DNA of 47,535 nt, filler included, from Sphacelaria rigidula (lineage: Eukaryota), in NCBI GenBank assembly GCA_964200075.2. It is 2 parts of 2 records of this genome, joined end to end, with 100 filler letters (N's around TTAATTAATTAA, not from the genome) between each part and the next. Parts side by side here need not be neighbours in the genome. Positions count along the whole stretch, not along the records: positions 1 to 23,732 come from CAXNAA020000249.1; 1 more part is not named here. One strand, given 5' to 3'. This document shows positions 1 through 13,076 of this stretch, piece after piece. A program made the translations under genes and the position numbers. The notes beneath the pieces were generated by a model. It did no database searches and was not told where the DNA came from. It saw only the letters and a list, made by a program, of their open reading frames with translations. Numbering within the stretch: position 1 is the first letter of the stretch; each line of letters starts with the position of its first letter.

Positions 1-670
1 TGAGTCCTCGACAGACACTTGTGGTGATGCGCCTCTTCAATAGGTACAACATCCCCCCCCCCCTCCCTCTGTGAGCCTCTTCACACATTTTGTAACAAGA
101 ATAAGCTTGTAGAGATGATTTTGTCGGAAGCAATCGGCGAGAAACGTTTCTTACTTACTATCTCGTGTATCTTGTGTGTATTTGATGCCCAAACCAACAA
201 TCTCCGTCTAACATGTGCTCGTAAGCTCGTGGACCCTGCCTCTCCCTCACGACTTAGCGGCCTCTCGGTGTTCTCTTAGCTTTGCCTCGTTCCTTTGTGT
301 TTCCATTGATCGTGGTGAGCGATGTGAAGTTCGACTGTTACACAGGGAACTTGCGAGTCACTCTGTAGACTCATGTCTTGGTGCCGCTGAATATTAAAGG
401 TGTCGACTTCCTCGACAGGCCCTTCTATGCTACAGCCTGGTACCTACGGTTGTATGCATTTGGGAACTATAAGATGGGACCGTGCGATGTAGCGTAAGAT
501 GCTGCAGGGATAACTCTGGACTCCAGGGAAGGCTTTCTAGTCACCCTGCTGTTGACAACTGCGCATGTGATCTTCATGATAACTACGCGCTCCCTCAGTT
601 TAGCGACCCGGGCTCTGGGATGGCCTCGTAGATTCACGTGATGAAGATCACCTCAGCCTATTGTACGTAC

Positions 671-907
671 CTTTTTGAGGTCGGTGCCAAATGTGGTGTA
701 GAGACGACCCGAGAATCTCACTTCCGGGTTTTCGAGTGCGCGGTATGCTCGCCCGTTCGGCCCTGCCCGCCCCACCGACGCTAGAAGCTCCGATAAACCG
801 CCTCGGACGCCACCCAACCCCTCTAAAACAATTGTTCGACTGTCCTCGTCTATCACCATGAAACCGCAAACCGCGTTAAGAGATCCGTTGTCCACAGCTT
901 GCTTCTC
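671..907 (-). CDS. CFAP92: CFAP92-like exon 6
   Basis: Acceptor ctacag|GAG, donor AAG|gtacgt; 79 codons; GFMVID...VLEGL motif. Confidence 0.8.
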
Positions 908-3900
908 CTGTAGAGCAAAAGTCGCATTGTAACGATTGAGTTTCTGACTTTACGGGGTGGGTGATCATTCACCGCATTTTACGTAGTTTCTATTGCTAGA
1001 CTACGTTGTGTGCAATGCTGGGCGGGGAAAATGTGAGCCAGAGAAGCGTCGTTCGTTGAAGGGACAGTCAAGAGGACAAACGGGGCTTAAGTGGGCAGCT
1101 TTCAATAGCTGTCGTAATCCGAACATGAGGGTCGGGATATACCCGTCATGTCAAACATAAACCGGATGCCCACGTGTGAAGCAGGAATCTAGAACTACTA
1201 CCGGTTTTTGCGGTATCGTTCGATGCTGTGTAGCGAGAATCCCTGTGCGGCGCTGTACTTTTGTATCGCATTCGTTTATGGCCCAATTCCTTTCTGAAAG
1301 GAAATCCGAATCACACTGGACACATCGCTTGCCTCAGGGGTGGGTCGGTACGCTCGAAGCGAGCCCTGGATATTCCCAAACGCCCGGCCGTTTATCTTGT
1401 CCATGACCGTTGAGATCTGTCGTAAAAGCGCGCCTCCTTGCTCATACTCGACGACAAACACGGCACGTGCAAAGGGCCGGAGTTCTTCCGTCGCCGGCCC
1501 CGTGCGCTCTGCTGAGCCCTCTTCCAAGGTGCGCAAGGGCCTCGCCAATGTCAACCTGCGTGTACGTGAGGATGACTAGACGTGAAGTGCATCTTCTTCA
1601 GAAGAAGGTGACCAAGACGGGGATCCACAAGAAGACAGCATGGCAGTGCGTTCAGCATCTTCACTATTTCCAAACAGATGTCAGTTTCGCCCACACCTGA
1701 GACCAAGGGAGGATCCGGCGTCCAAATATGCCCCCGGCCACCGCACCAGTCTCTCTTCATCGGACAAGTGCCAATCCTCCACCCCTCCCTTTGGAATCTC
1801 CCGTCGCTTCCGCTGGCAGATCTCTGCTCTCATTTTAAAAGTCGGAGCTACGGAAGTCTCCCCTCCCGGAACCCCCATAATTGATGACGTGTTGTTGGAA
1901 TTACGTGCGTTAGTTTTAGGGCGATGGTTGCCGGCCTTGTTGTACGCGACAACAAGCTGTTTGCTTTGGTCTAGCAATTCCGAAAGACGGAAAGAAGCGA
2001 CCCCGTGTGCGCATTCTTTACCAGCTGATGCCGCGGCGTTTAGCGTCTCATGAAGAGCTAGCACGTCCACCTCGTGGATATCCCGCGGGCTGGTGTGCAT
2101 CGTTGTAGAAGAGCACGGTTTCGTCGATGATCGTACGTGAGCGTTTGACAGGTGCAGCAGTGCCGGTCGCTGTCAAAATCATTGCTTGCCGTTCAAAACC
2201 CTCAAGTCCTACAACGCTCACTTGGACTTAGTTTTCCGTCAAATCAAATCCGTTCGTTATCCCAGCTCGGAACGGTACGAACTCATCAGCATGCACATTA
2301 CAGGGGTCGCACGGAAGAACTGCTTGCAGAAAAAAAGCCACCTAGGGTATCCTGATGCTCCGCAAAAAAACCCGCCGACAACGATAAAATGTCTCGCCTT
2401 TCTCTTTTACAGATATGCACACTTTAGCGCAGATGGTTGATGTAGAGTAGGCACCTGCTCTGGCAATATGTCCTATCTGCCGAGGGCCGACGGCTTCCCA
2501 TGTAGAAAGCGTGTCACCCGTGGATCACTGACCTATCGAAAGTCACCTTCACGACTGTATTCGTAGCATCACCGCCGTCCCCGTCCCCGTCACCCATCCC
2601 ATCAGGTTTAGACCTCCCGTCCTCAGCACCCCCTTCCTTGGGATACCCACCCGCCACCATTCTTTCCAGCCGCAGGACCCTTTCCAATTCCTCCTTGTCG
2701 GAAGGAGCAGGATCTCTGCATTTGAAAATAGAGTTGGCGGGAGCGGCGCTATTCAGTGCGAATACACATGTATCATGAATAGAAAGCTATCTTCTAGAAA
2801 GGGTAACCGCAGGAGTGGATGATCATTGTTTGTATGGTTTCGTCTGAATGTCATCCCCATACCATCGTCTCTGAGACACCTCTATTTGAGCGCGGTGTCC
2901 CTACGAAGACAGGGTAGCCGCCAGAAGCGCGGCAGAGCTGAGCGCCTCGGATACTCATACACGATGCACTTCGATCCATTTGCACCGGCAAACGACTCGG
3001 CCTATCACCCTAAGACCTCCATTTTTTCATCAAGCATCTTGAGTTATCGTCCTATCACACTACTGTTTTTCGTACGCTCGATGTAACTTACCTGTCGTGC
3101 ACTTCCATTGAAAGCGAGAAATTCTCTGCCCACTCTTCAAGGCGATGTCGATCCATAGGGCCCAGTAGAAATGCCGAGGTGTGACCAATTCGCACGTGAG
3201 ACCGTTGGGCAGACAGCGGCGTCATTATGACTCGTGGATGAAGCGCATCGCGACGGAGATCTTCAGGAAACGGCCGGCACACAACGTACACAGGCTTGCA
3301 GTATTTCTCGAGAAGAGAAAATTTACTGGGCTGCACGTGTTTCTGTAGCGCAAGAGCTTCTATTCGCACTCCTGGTAAGGAGTTGGCAGTGGTTATGGTG
3401 ATCGACAGGGGATTCAGCTTATCCATCGTCTCGCTAGATAATAACTTCCTTGCCTTGTTGGAACTGCCTCCTTGAAAAGCGCCATCCGTCGCATCGTTTT
3501 CTCTTTCCTGTGGTTCTACTGGCGCAGTTGACTCCACTGCACTTTCTGCATTCGAAATGCAAACCGATATATGCAAATGGCGGATTCCGAGAGGCGCCGG
3601 AGGAGCGTTCGCCCGCCTGCGGTCCACCCTATCACCCACAATCTCCGTGTTCGTCACATCTATCGCATTTGTCTGTTTCCCTCCTTTTTGCTGGCTCAAA
3701 TCGCTTCGCCCGAAAGCAATGTCCGATCTAACGCTAGCCAATTCGCCGTTATCGCAGATCTGACCGACGAAAAGGTCGACGCTACTCTCACCCGCAAGAA
3801 ACGCGCTGAGATCTAAAGGCCAACAGGCGATGAAATTACGCGCGGGTATGATCGGCTCATTGGCGTCAGCTGCGAGTACCTCCGCGGTGCCGCCGCCTGC

Positions 3901-4833
3901 TCCCGGCCCCGGGGTTTGCACTGTTGCCCCGTGTGGACATGCGTCCGCGAGAGTTACTTGCATGAACGGGTTTCGTTCTAGGTTAAGGGCAACCTGGGAT
4001 TGGACGAAATATGCGCAGGTGACGGCGAAGTAAGTGAGATACGAGTGTACGTACATATCAGACAGATGGGTGTTGGTCAAAGCTCTACCATTGATGTTCG
4101 TGCTCGCCTCCCGTAGTTCTGTGCGGTGTTTATTAACTACATATGCAGTAGAGTGATACCGTCACGAGTATAACGTCGATCGAAAAGGGTACCCAAATTG
4201 CGAGAGCAGGCGAGTTACCTAAAGCGGTGAATGTTCTGCAACTCGCTTCACTCCTATGATTACGACTGATCGCTATACGTCGTATGTGAACAGTAGACAT
4301 ACAAGTGCTGCGCATCGAAGTACATCCTGCCTGACCTCTTCGTCGTCGGCGCCCTGCAATTGATGTCTTCTCTTATATCTCCAGGTGACGCCTTTCGACT
4401 CTTCTGCTCGTTTATCACCAAGTTGCTGTCCATCTAGCGTGGCGGTCTCGGCCTCCCCCAATACCTCTTTTGCATCTGCAGCAATCTCCGTCGTCCCGTC
4501 TGCTACCACCTTCGTCCACGAAGATCCAGGCAAACCTACGGCAGGGGTAGTTACCTTATCCCCGTTCACAAACATGTATCTAAAGGCAGGGTCAACAAGC
4601 AGCGGGGCATTATCACTTGCGGTCTCATCTCCTGGGGGTGCAGCTGTCGACGGCCGTCGACAGGGTTCAACTGTGTCCAAGCACACGTCCACAACCAAGG
4701 TTAAGCAAAAAGGAGCGTCCAAGGCGGGCTGCGCCGGCTCATCTACTGCTTGTGGGCCGGTTGTGGCGCCCTTGGCGCCCTTAGCGCCCTTGGCGCCCTT
4801 GGCACCCTTCGCCTCTTTTTTCTTGGGTGGCAT
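671..4833 (-). CDS. CFAP92: Cilia- and flagella-associated protein 92-like (KIAA1257/CFAP92 family); 5' part of gene, about 812 aa within the window, continues past the left edge
   Basis: Six exons splice in frame with consistent phases: 4833-4336, 3993-3092, 2715-2533, 2089-1697, 1555-1333, 907-671. Motifs recalled from CFAP92: LNPLSITITTANSLPG, YCKPVYV, SLSMEVHDRD, HGVASFRLSELL, FARAVFV, GFMVID..SRTIVLEGL, RLYTTF..DLKK. The MPPKKK start is typical of flagellar proteins. Family call is from memory, not a search. Confidence 0.75.
1333..1555 (-). CDS. CFAP92: CFAP92-like exon 5
   Basis: Acceptor cgcag|G; best phase-0 donor is GAG|gcaagc (GC donor). Confidence 0.7.
1697..2089 (-). CDS. CFAP92: CFAP92-like exon 4
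   Basis: Acceptor caccag|C, donor AG|gtgtgg; 393 nt, phase 2-2; HGVASFRLSELL motif. Confidence 0.75.
2533..2715 (-). CDS. CFAP92: CFAP92-like exon 3
   Basis: Acceptor aatgcag|A completes the HDRD motif; donor AG|gtcagt; 183 nt, phase 2-2. Not in the supplied ORF track. Confidence 0.75.
3092..3993 (-). CDS. CFAP92: CFAP92-like exon 2
   Basis: Acceptor cccag|GTT (phase 0), donor AG|gtaagt (phase 2); contains LNPLSITI...EVHDR. Confidence 0.85.
4336..4833 (-). CDS. CFAP92: CFAP92-like exon 1
   Basis: ATG at 4833 (MPPKKKEAKGAKG...), 166 codons, donor GAG|gtcagg, phase 0. Confidence 0.8.
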
Positions 4834-7230
4834 GCTAAAGATACCGCCGAGCTAAGGCAAGATCCGCCGCTGGCTTGTAGGCGTTTATAAAAATTTACTC
4901 GAACGCGCAGCTGCGGCGCAGTTAAGTGTGGATTTCGGGGCTTGCCGTCGGAAATCGACACCAATGCTGCGCGATAATCTTGGCCTGTACATGCTTTTAC
5001 TCGGACCAGGGGATCGGTTCGAGTCGAGCCGGGCCATGATGTGATGACGTCGACGGTTTCAGCATCTGCCCACGCTCAAAGCTTCCGAGGTAATACGAAC
5101 TCCCGGAATGGCCTTCAGCCCGTTCAAACGTGCGCAGCATGGAGATGCTGATGTTTCGACGCGTATTCGGACTGTGAAAAGCATCAACATCCCGAAATAA
5201 CCTCAAATCCAGTACCACCGAGAGTGTTGAGAGTTGCGTTGGTTTCGGAACTACCGTCTGGATATACATTTGCCAGGACCGAGGGCGGTCCCATGGCTAA
5301 GATTTGGGGCAAAACGAGTTGGGGGACGAGAGTTGCCGCCGCTGCAGTGCATCGCCCTCCACCGTAGACCCATTTCCTTGCAGCCTTAAGAGCGCTCGCC
5401 GTGCTCGTAGAATAGAAGTATCTGCAGCTATCACTTCAGGGTGCTTCATGTACTCAATAAAAAGTTATCATGGGGATTTCGATGTGTCTGTGTGAAAAGC
5501 ACCGGTCCGTATCATGGTATTTTCGTTCGCATCAGCGACACGATTCAGCAGGTGGTCAACGGCGAGTCTGTTCTAAGGTTGAAACCTGTTCCGGATTCAG
5601 AAAACCTTGCACGCACCGCGAAACACTCGTCATTGGGAAGAAATTTAGTGATGTTGTATCTTCCAGGGTACAGAAACTCTTCCAGGGTCAGAGGTGAGCG
5701 CGAGCTCTCGGCGTCCTGGTCGCTAGGTCTGAGGTCGCATGGCCGGCTGCGAAATCTAGCCGCTGTTGGAAAATGGCAAATGTATTTGTGCAATTGGTGC
5801 ACGTGCTTTTCCACTTCTCGCAATTCTTATCTACCGTTTGTGTTGTTGAACGTTAGTATCGAGCTGAACTTCTCGAATTACGTGGCTTCACTAGTACGAT
5901 ACCCGTTGATATTACCGGTAGTATGTCAAGCCTCCTTGCCGACCTTGTACAATCCGCTAGGTGTCGTTTCGAGTAAGGTGATAAAAAATAAAATAAAAAC
6001 TTGAATTAGATGCAATCGGCTCAACATTGGAGACATCACGGGAAGCGCACAGTTGCCTGTAGTTCTGTACAGCACAGCTAGCGACCCAGTCTAGTGTGGG
6101 AAAGGGGCGGTGTCTGTCATGAAAGAAGAGGAAAGCACGGGGAAATCCCATCAGCGTGCGGTACCTGGCGTCGAAGCTACCTGGAGCTCTCTCTCCACGA
6201 CTGGGGCGCATCGAACGGGCACCCTTAGTGCTGCAGCTCATGTGCGGGGTGTTGACGGGCAACTTACATTGAATTCAAATGCTGCTGGAAGACGGCTGTC
6301 GACTTCTGGTGAGTTGTTGCCAGGTTCAAATGTTGTTGCTGGAGTCACTCTGACTTTAGCGAAAACTTGTTCAGTAGCAGGATATTAGCCCGCCCAGTGC
6401 CTATCGGGCAGAAGCTCACCATGAACTCCTTACACATTGTCAGGCTAGATACCGTACAAAACTGATGCAAAAAGGCGTTTGTTTTGTACAACACATTTTG
6501 TGTACAACCAGTAGTATCCTCGTACTGTGACTGTCACAGAATACAATACGTTGTCGCGTCTCTAATCCCTTGACGATACACTTGCCGCCTGGCGTCCTGT
6601 GATGTGCTGCTGTGCTAGCTGCAATTATGAGAAGGCACAATGCAAGATTGACTGGAAAACTTTGTGGTGAGGTGAATTATTACGATATTCTGTATAGATG
6701 GGCGCTTGCCAGGCGTGTGGAGTTTTCGCGTGGTCAAAAGCGGTACACTCCTATTATTTCGAGATGGCAGGATCCCCAATCACGACCGTGAAAGCAGCAG
6801 GTGTACCTGAAACTGTCCACGTCCTCCCCTGGCTACACCTGAACCTCGAAAAATACCTGGAAGTTGCGAGCGACGAGAACCGGAAATTCTCTCGGTAACA
6901 TTGACAACGAACTCCGTACAGGTACATGCAAATAGCTATTCGCTCCTCTCGCGCACCTGAATAATTCATGCGAACAATTAACGGTTTCACCTCCGGCATC
7001 GGGGTTTCCATGTTGATGACCGCGGGGGGCCTTTCAGGTTCTCCGATCGTCGGAGAATGTTTTCCGCATTACCCATGCGTGCTTCGAGAACATTTACAGG
7101 TCGGGCAATAAGCCTTTCGGGAGATTGAGTGATGATTTTGATAGTCCTGACAGTGGAATGATCCACTATGCTCTCCTACAAATCACCCACTACCGTCCAC
7201 CTGGAGGTGAAACTGTTGTTGACCATTTAA

Positions 7231-8396
7231 CCCTTTTGGGACCGACCCCGTACTAACACAGGGTTGACCCTGTGTTAGCGAAATAATAAAAAATAAGTCA
7301 GGGAGCGACCTGCCCAATCACGACAAGGCGAAATTTATCGACCAGACCCGAACGACCAGCGCGGGGATTGTTGTCGAGTGCCACTGCAAAGATCGTGTGG
7401 GGGCCCTATCCGTGGCCCAGATAAGCTTCCCCAGGTTTCCAAATGCAGGGCGGTTGCAGCTTGATTTTATGATATTACTCGCATTCAGTATAGCGTTCCC
7501 GAGTTTTTGCGCGCGCGGGGGGGGGGGGGGGGGGGGGGGGGGTTATTTACTAAGGAGGGGGGGGGGGGAAACGGGGGGGGGGGGGAGGAAAAAAAGGGGG
7601 GAGGGGGGAGAGANNNNNNNNNNGGTGGGGGGGGGGGGGGGGGGGAGACGTGGCGGGGGGGGGGGTCGTAATTCTATACTAGAACGTAGTGATGACACTA
7701 ACAGGGTGGAGCGGAAAAAACCGGGAAGGAGTGTACATGCTACAATGTGGTCATTTTCACGAGGCACTAATCCCAGGTGGGCCGTGGGAAGACAAAAGGA
7801 GCTACCGTCATGAAGTCTGCTTATCCTTCCGCCGATGACTTGTAGTGTGCAGTGAACATGTATGTAGTGGGCGGGGATGAAGAAGCGGTATATGGGCAAT
7901 TAATCTCGGTAGCTGAGAATTGCCCAGAACGTGCAAGGGAGTATGCAGCGGCAGCTGCTGCTGCAGTCGGAGAGGCATACTGCACTGTACTGTCTGAACT
8001 CTACTGTGTGTATGCGCGCTGCAACGCTAAAACCCTTCGAAGAGAATTTTGCCGCATGCAGGAGAATGGCGGCCTACCCTCGACCACAAAGGGCTGTGTG
8101 GAAAGGTGATAAGAACAATAATGTCATTCAAAGCCACAAGTGGCGGGCGGCCCGCCGGTCGCCGCATCCTGTTGGAAGCTCTCTACCGCAACCCATACTG
8201 CTTGCTACATCAGATGTGCATTACCTAATGCGCACCCTACACCTGAAAATAGATTGGATGAAACTTGCGATCTTCCTCATAACCCTGCGGTTACACACGC
8301 GAATTGTCAGCAACACGCCACTGTTTCGTGCAGACGCCAGACACGTCATTCCTGACCAACCTCATTGGTCGTTCTGGAGGCCCAGTCCCAAAAAGG
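7231..8396. mobile_element. Non-autonomous piggyBac-like DNA transposon
   Basis: TTAA at 7227-7230 and 8397-8400. 12-bp TIRs CCCTTTTGGGAC / GTCCCAAAAAGG (1 mismatch). Subterminal perfect hairpin at 7253-7278. No transposase ORF; contains an N gap. Confidence 0.7.
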
Positions 8397-11300
8397 TTAA
8401 GCAACGACTGAACTGTCGCTGTACACCAAAACAGGAGGTGTTTTCCGCTCTTTGCGCAGTATGTTCCGCCTGCCTACCCCCTCCTCTGTTGTGAAGAGCT
8501 GTGCAATGTTGTTTTAAACGCTGAGAAAATATGAAAACAGCATATTTTGTTGTACTGCGCGCAGTAGGGAGCAAGGTTATTACATCGTTGTACTGTTTGT
8601 CGATTCAGCCACTGATGGAAAAAACATGCAGTAGGTGCGCCAGCAACGCCCTAGGAATACGGAGACCGCCGAAGCAAGGCAGAGACAGTGTGTTCTTTGC
8701 GTACATCACAGCGATGATGGTAACCAGCGTACACCACTTACTTGCGAATGATTTCATTTACCGGCTTCTCAAACAAACAAAAAATACACAAACGTGGCGT
8801 GGCCAGAAAGACAGTCAGGGGTTTGCCGGCCCTAGTTTTGTCCCATCTGCAAAACATTCCCCCAGCAACAATTGACGATGGCCCGTTTTGGGCGATCCGA
8901 GGGGGGTGTACTCATGATCTTGCATGCCGTGGTCATATGGCCACTGGCCTCGCATCCCCACAAAGCTGGGACAGAGCCCACCGAGTTTTCGCCCAACCAG
9001 GTTCACAATGAATCACCAAGCACCAAGCGCCGTGATGTGTTCGGCGAGTCGTATGAAGGCTTAGTCGCGTCCTGCTTAGATTGTCCCGCCCAAAGCGTAC
9101 TGATGATCTTGTATTTGGACGACAGGTCTGAGGGGGAGGGGGGTGGAGGTCAAGTGGTTCAGCCTTCTGGTGCTGGCGGCTAAGTAGTAGATCTTCCCGT
9201 TCCGCCCATTCTTCGAAGATGACCATAGTGTAGGCGTAGATGGCCGCTGGTTGGCCGTCCGGGTGCCTGACAGATTGCTTCGTGTGTTAGTTTTGACCAA
9301 CAGGATTGCAGCCAAACGTGGTTGAGAAAGGCACGTTGAGGTTGTTCGTAGGCCGTGTCATCCGAAGGCTAGCACAAACAAGCGCCTATGGGAGCAGGGA
9401 TGTTGCGGAAAGGATAAGCTGACAGCTGCGGTTATTTCTTGTCTGTGTCAACGTGTGTTCGTCCTGCTTGAGAAATGGCTGTTGGGGGTAGGGGGGAAGT
9501 TGATGCAAACCTCCGGTCCAAACTCACATCACCACTCAACCACCCCCGCACGCGCGACCTTGAGCTGTTCAGCAACAAACAGATGTGTGTCGATCACATG
9601 CATGTACTGCTTGCTGCCGGTGCGATCACGGCTACCGCACTGTTTGAAATGGTGAGGCCGCACTGCCGCTGGCTCCGGTTTATTAGGCACGAACTATGCA
9701 GTACTACGGCGAGCAGCATGTGCGTGGCAGCGATCACCTCTAATGTGCGCGTTGTTTCTCCACCGAAAATAACTATTCTGAACCCCCGTCCAGAAATAAT
9801 TGAGAAAATGTGGGTTCGCCGTCGGGCACTACGAGACTTGAAACGTCCAGTAAAGGAGTTTGTAACTTTTCTCCCGGGAGCCACACTCTGAGCTTCGAGT
9901 GAAATTATCACCTATCGTCACGCACTGTATACCAGGAGCGGATCCTAGAAAAGTTGAGGGTAAGTCATGGCGCCATGACTTGACAGCCATGGGGAGTTAT
10001 GTGGACTGGTGAGCTCCATGGAAGCTCTGATTCGAACTGGTGTTTTCCATGGAGGTACGGCTTATGTTTCCCTAATTCTCATCCTGTTGCTTCTGCCAAT
10101 TTTTGGTATTTCCAGACCCGCGCACCTGTGAAAGGTTCGGAGACGACACGCATGCTTGATCATTCCGTTTGTCTCTTGCGCCTGCACCCAAGTGCAACGA
10201 ACATCAGTACAGCCCAAATAGGCACAGGACCCACATAAAGGAGGGAAAGTATGGCTTGCGACAATTTCGCATCTATCAGAGCGTTTCAAGCCACGAACAT
10301 GTGGGGACCTTCCACTAATCACATGAGAGCTACGATGTACAGATGAGTTGCAAAATGGCTTTCATTGGCCCACACGTTGCGCCGCTGCGAGACAGACAGC
10401 TGCGATAATCGCTGAGGATATAGTAGTCCGTGCTGGGTCAGTTCGTTTGCCCCAACCTACGCGCACGCTTGTGCGTCTTCCCCGATCAGAGCACCCGACT
10501 ACAACTGAAGTACCAAAGAAGACACGACAAACAGCTGCAAAGCCATCACGCGATTCTGTAGATTCGTGTAGACTTTTCATTTTGATCCCACCTCAAATAT
10601 GTACAGATCGGAACACTGCAGCAGCACATCAGCTCAGACACTCTCCGGCGCAGATCAAGCCGTGTTCGTAAAAGTTTCGAACGCACAACAGCCAAAACAG
10701 TGACAACTACAGCGAAGAAATAGTGGGTGTGGGCAGCGCATTGTTCATTTTACGGAAGACGAAACAGCCGACACTCCATGAAGTTTTCAACAGTGTGTAG
10801 ACAGCACTACGTGCTGACTAAGATTATTTTCATCTTTAGAGGTAAACCCAACGACAATACAGCAGCTCAGGCAGTCCCAGCGGAGATCAGACCGTCTTCT
10901 CAATGTCTAAACCTACCACAGTACAGTGACACACAGTACAGTGACAGCCATAGCACACGAGAGAGGGCATGAGTGTGTTTGTGCCGCAATACAGTGGAAC
11001 AGGACATATCCCATGTTTGAGCTCTTTCCCTGATTTGAAACGGATCCTCGATTTTGGCCGAGTGCCGATTTTGAACACTCGGCCATAACCGCGCTTCACG
11101 CGAAAATATTTCAATTCACTTTGAGTTACCCCTCATCTGTGAGAGGTGTGTCGTTTTCCTGCAGCGCACCACCAAATTTTGTCGTGTGCTACTTTTGTTG
11201 TTGATTTGAGACGTTCTGTACACCAAGAGGGACATGAGCAAAAGTGGCACTTTGTCGCACAAAGACAAGAAGCCCACGATACACGACACCCACGCCGAAA

Positions 11301-11637
11301 CAATTAGATCCAACCTACCGTTCCTTGAAGTGAGAAGGAGATTTCGCAGCGAGGCAAAGCGAGGTATACACGCGCTGCACGACATCGCATCAACGGCACT
11401 TGAATTGGTGGTCACCACCACCCTGACACCGTCCTGCTGTTATCACTCCTCGGTTGATCGCATCATGTACGACACACCACTTCTGGGATCTCTCAGCGTT
11501 ACCGGAAAAAAATCCCTCAAGTGGAGATTGTTTCACCACCTGTAGCACAAGTTCTTTCAGCAGCATACTCAGCACGATGGCACGCAGCAGGTGCACCATG
11601 TGGTACGCAAAGCTGTAAGTCCTACATCATGTGCAAT

Positions 11638-11695
11638 ACGCTGTAGTGTACTGAACTGCGCCGTACTGCGCTGTATTGTACTGCACTGTAGTGTG
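11638..11695. repeat. Degenerate (CTGTA/CTGCA)n pentanucleotide microsatellite
   Basis: ctgtagtgtactgaactgcgccgtactgcgctgtattgtactgcactgtagtg. Confidence 0.6.
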
Positions 11696-12122
11696 TGGTG
11701 GAACCTGAAAGGAGAATTACCGCTGTATGCGTTTTGTTTATTTGGACCAGTGAATCGGTACCCTATGGTCCTGCAAATCGCAGCACGACCCAAGTATTGA
11801 TCCAAAGCTACACTCGCAAGATTCTCGCCCATGGCAGTACGAAGTGTTAAACAGCGTTGTTCGTATCGAGAAAAATACGGTTTTTTGTTGTCATTGCCCA
11901 TGATTCCGAGATTTTTTTTTGCGTCCTTTGAAGCCCTTCACTCGAACAGTGAAATATGCGAATGTGTGCGTTGCAAAGCCTTTGAAAACAGCTTCCATTC
12001 TATATATGTATATATAGTTGGATGCGTGGATCGCCGTACCAGCAAATATAAAAGCCAGATTATTCTTGAGCAGCAGCGTCATCCCCCCCCCTGTACCGTC
12101 TGTAGCGAGGCGTTTTACGATA

Positions 12123-12139
12123 TTAACCCTTTGGGGACC
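12123..12139. mobile_element. Orphan piggyBac-like terminus
   Basis: TTAACCCTTTGGGGACC is nearly identical to the left end at 7227; no partner end found by eye. Confidence 0.4.
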
Positions 12140-12854
12140 CTCTCCTTCCGTTCCCGGGCCAGACCCTCCATTACTTCAAGCCCTGACGAAGAAGAAAATA
12201 TGGGAACAGCAAAGACCGACTCCAACCATTTTCACAGCGGACGACCCCAGGAGAATCCAGAAGCGTACGTCATTCACGCACCAAAAATGTCACCGTGGTA
12301 CGGTCGGATTAGTTTCGTCCCGTGAGGGAACACAACGGGTGAAGTTTTTTCAAGTTTGTGAACACGGCCAAAACCAGCACTCGCGTGCCTGAAGTCGTTG
12401 CACACGAGTATTGGCACCACCTATCCATTTCCTGTATAGTGAGTCCCGTGCTGCACTGGGGCACATTTTTATACGGGTCTAAAAAGCACGCCTAGGGCCA
12501 AAGGTTCGCGTGAAAGCTGTAAAAACTCAACCATATGTCGTACAAAAAACAGGACCTCGAAATCCACACTTTTCCATCGCCAGTGCCCAATGGCTTAATC
12601 CTTGCATCGACCCCCTCGATCTCCGCTCACACAGCCCTGTAGGCGACCTGTACGCAACACTTCCAACTCGCGGTAGCACAATTCCACGTAGGTGCACAGG
12701 AGTATCGACGATCAAGGCCTAGAGGCACCTTCAAAGGGCTGGCGTTGTGGTTCCAGGAGTTGGGTGTCCTATTTCTGCGGTTGCGACCATTCCAAAATAT
12801 TCCTCAACCTGATGGGGGTTATAAGGAACTTGCACGCATACTCGGTATGTCAAA

Positions 12855-13076
12855 TTTATCTTGTTCTCATGGCCACGATGGCGTAAAGGCGATTCCATTA
12901 GCAAATCCTGTCATTGACCCTAGTGTTTGATCGTTGAGCGGGCGCCATTGTGCCATGGTCGCATCGACTGCTGAGGCGTGCGTTCTGTTTGCCTTGCAGA
13001 CCTCGCGACAAAAGAGCCCACAACCGTGAACAGTTGACTGGCATCTCTCTGGCCCGATCTTCATCCCATCGAACAA
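12855..13076 (-). pseudogene. Degenerate SET-domain-like relic
   Basis: Reads ERCQSTVHGCGLFCREVCKAN...AVDAT...GSMTGFAN, then after a frameshift LYAIVAMR. The order matches SET motifs (S-x-I-H-G-x-G-L-F, IDAT, RFxNH, I-x-A-x-R). Contains stops and frameshifts. Confidence 0.35.

Noticed and set aside
7517-7670. Gly-rich ORF 7397-7813 / G-quadruplex island
   Set aside because: Poly-G smear around an N gap, typical of low-quality read ends.
8400-11600. Assorted 60-140 aa ORFs as genes
   Set aside because: No recognisable domains, codon bias or consistent splice structure; may be decayed repeats but unsupported.
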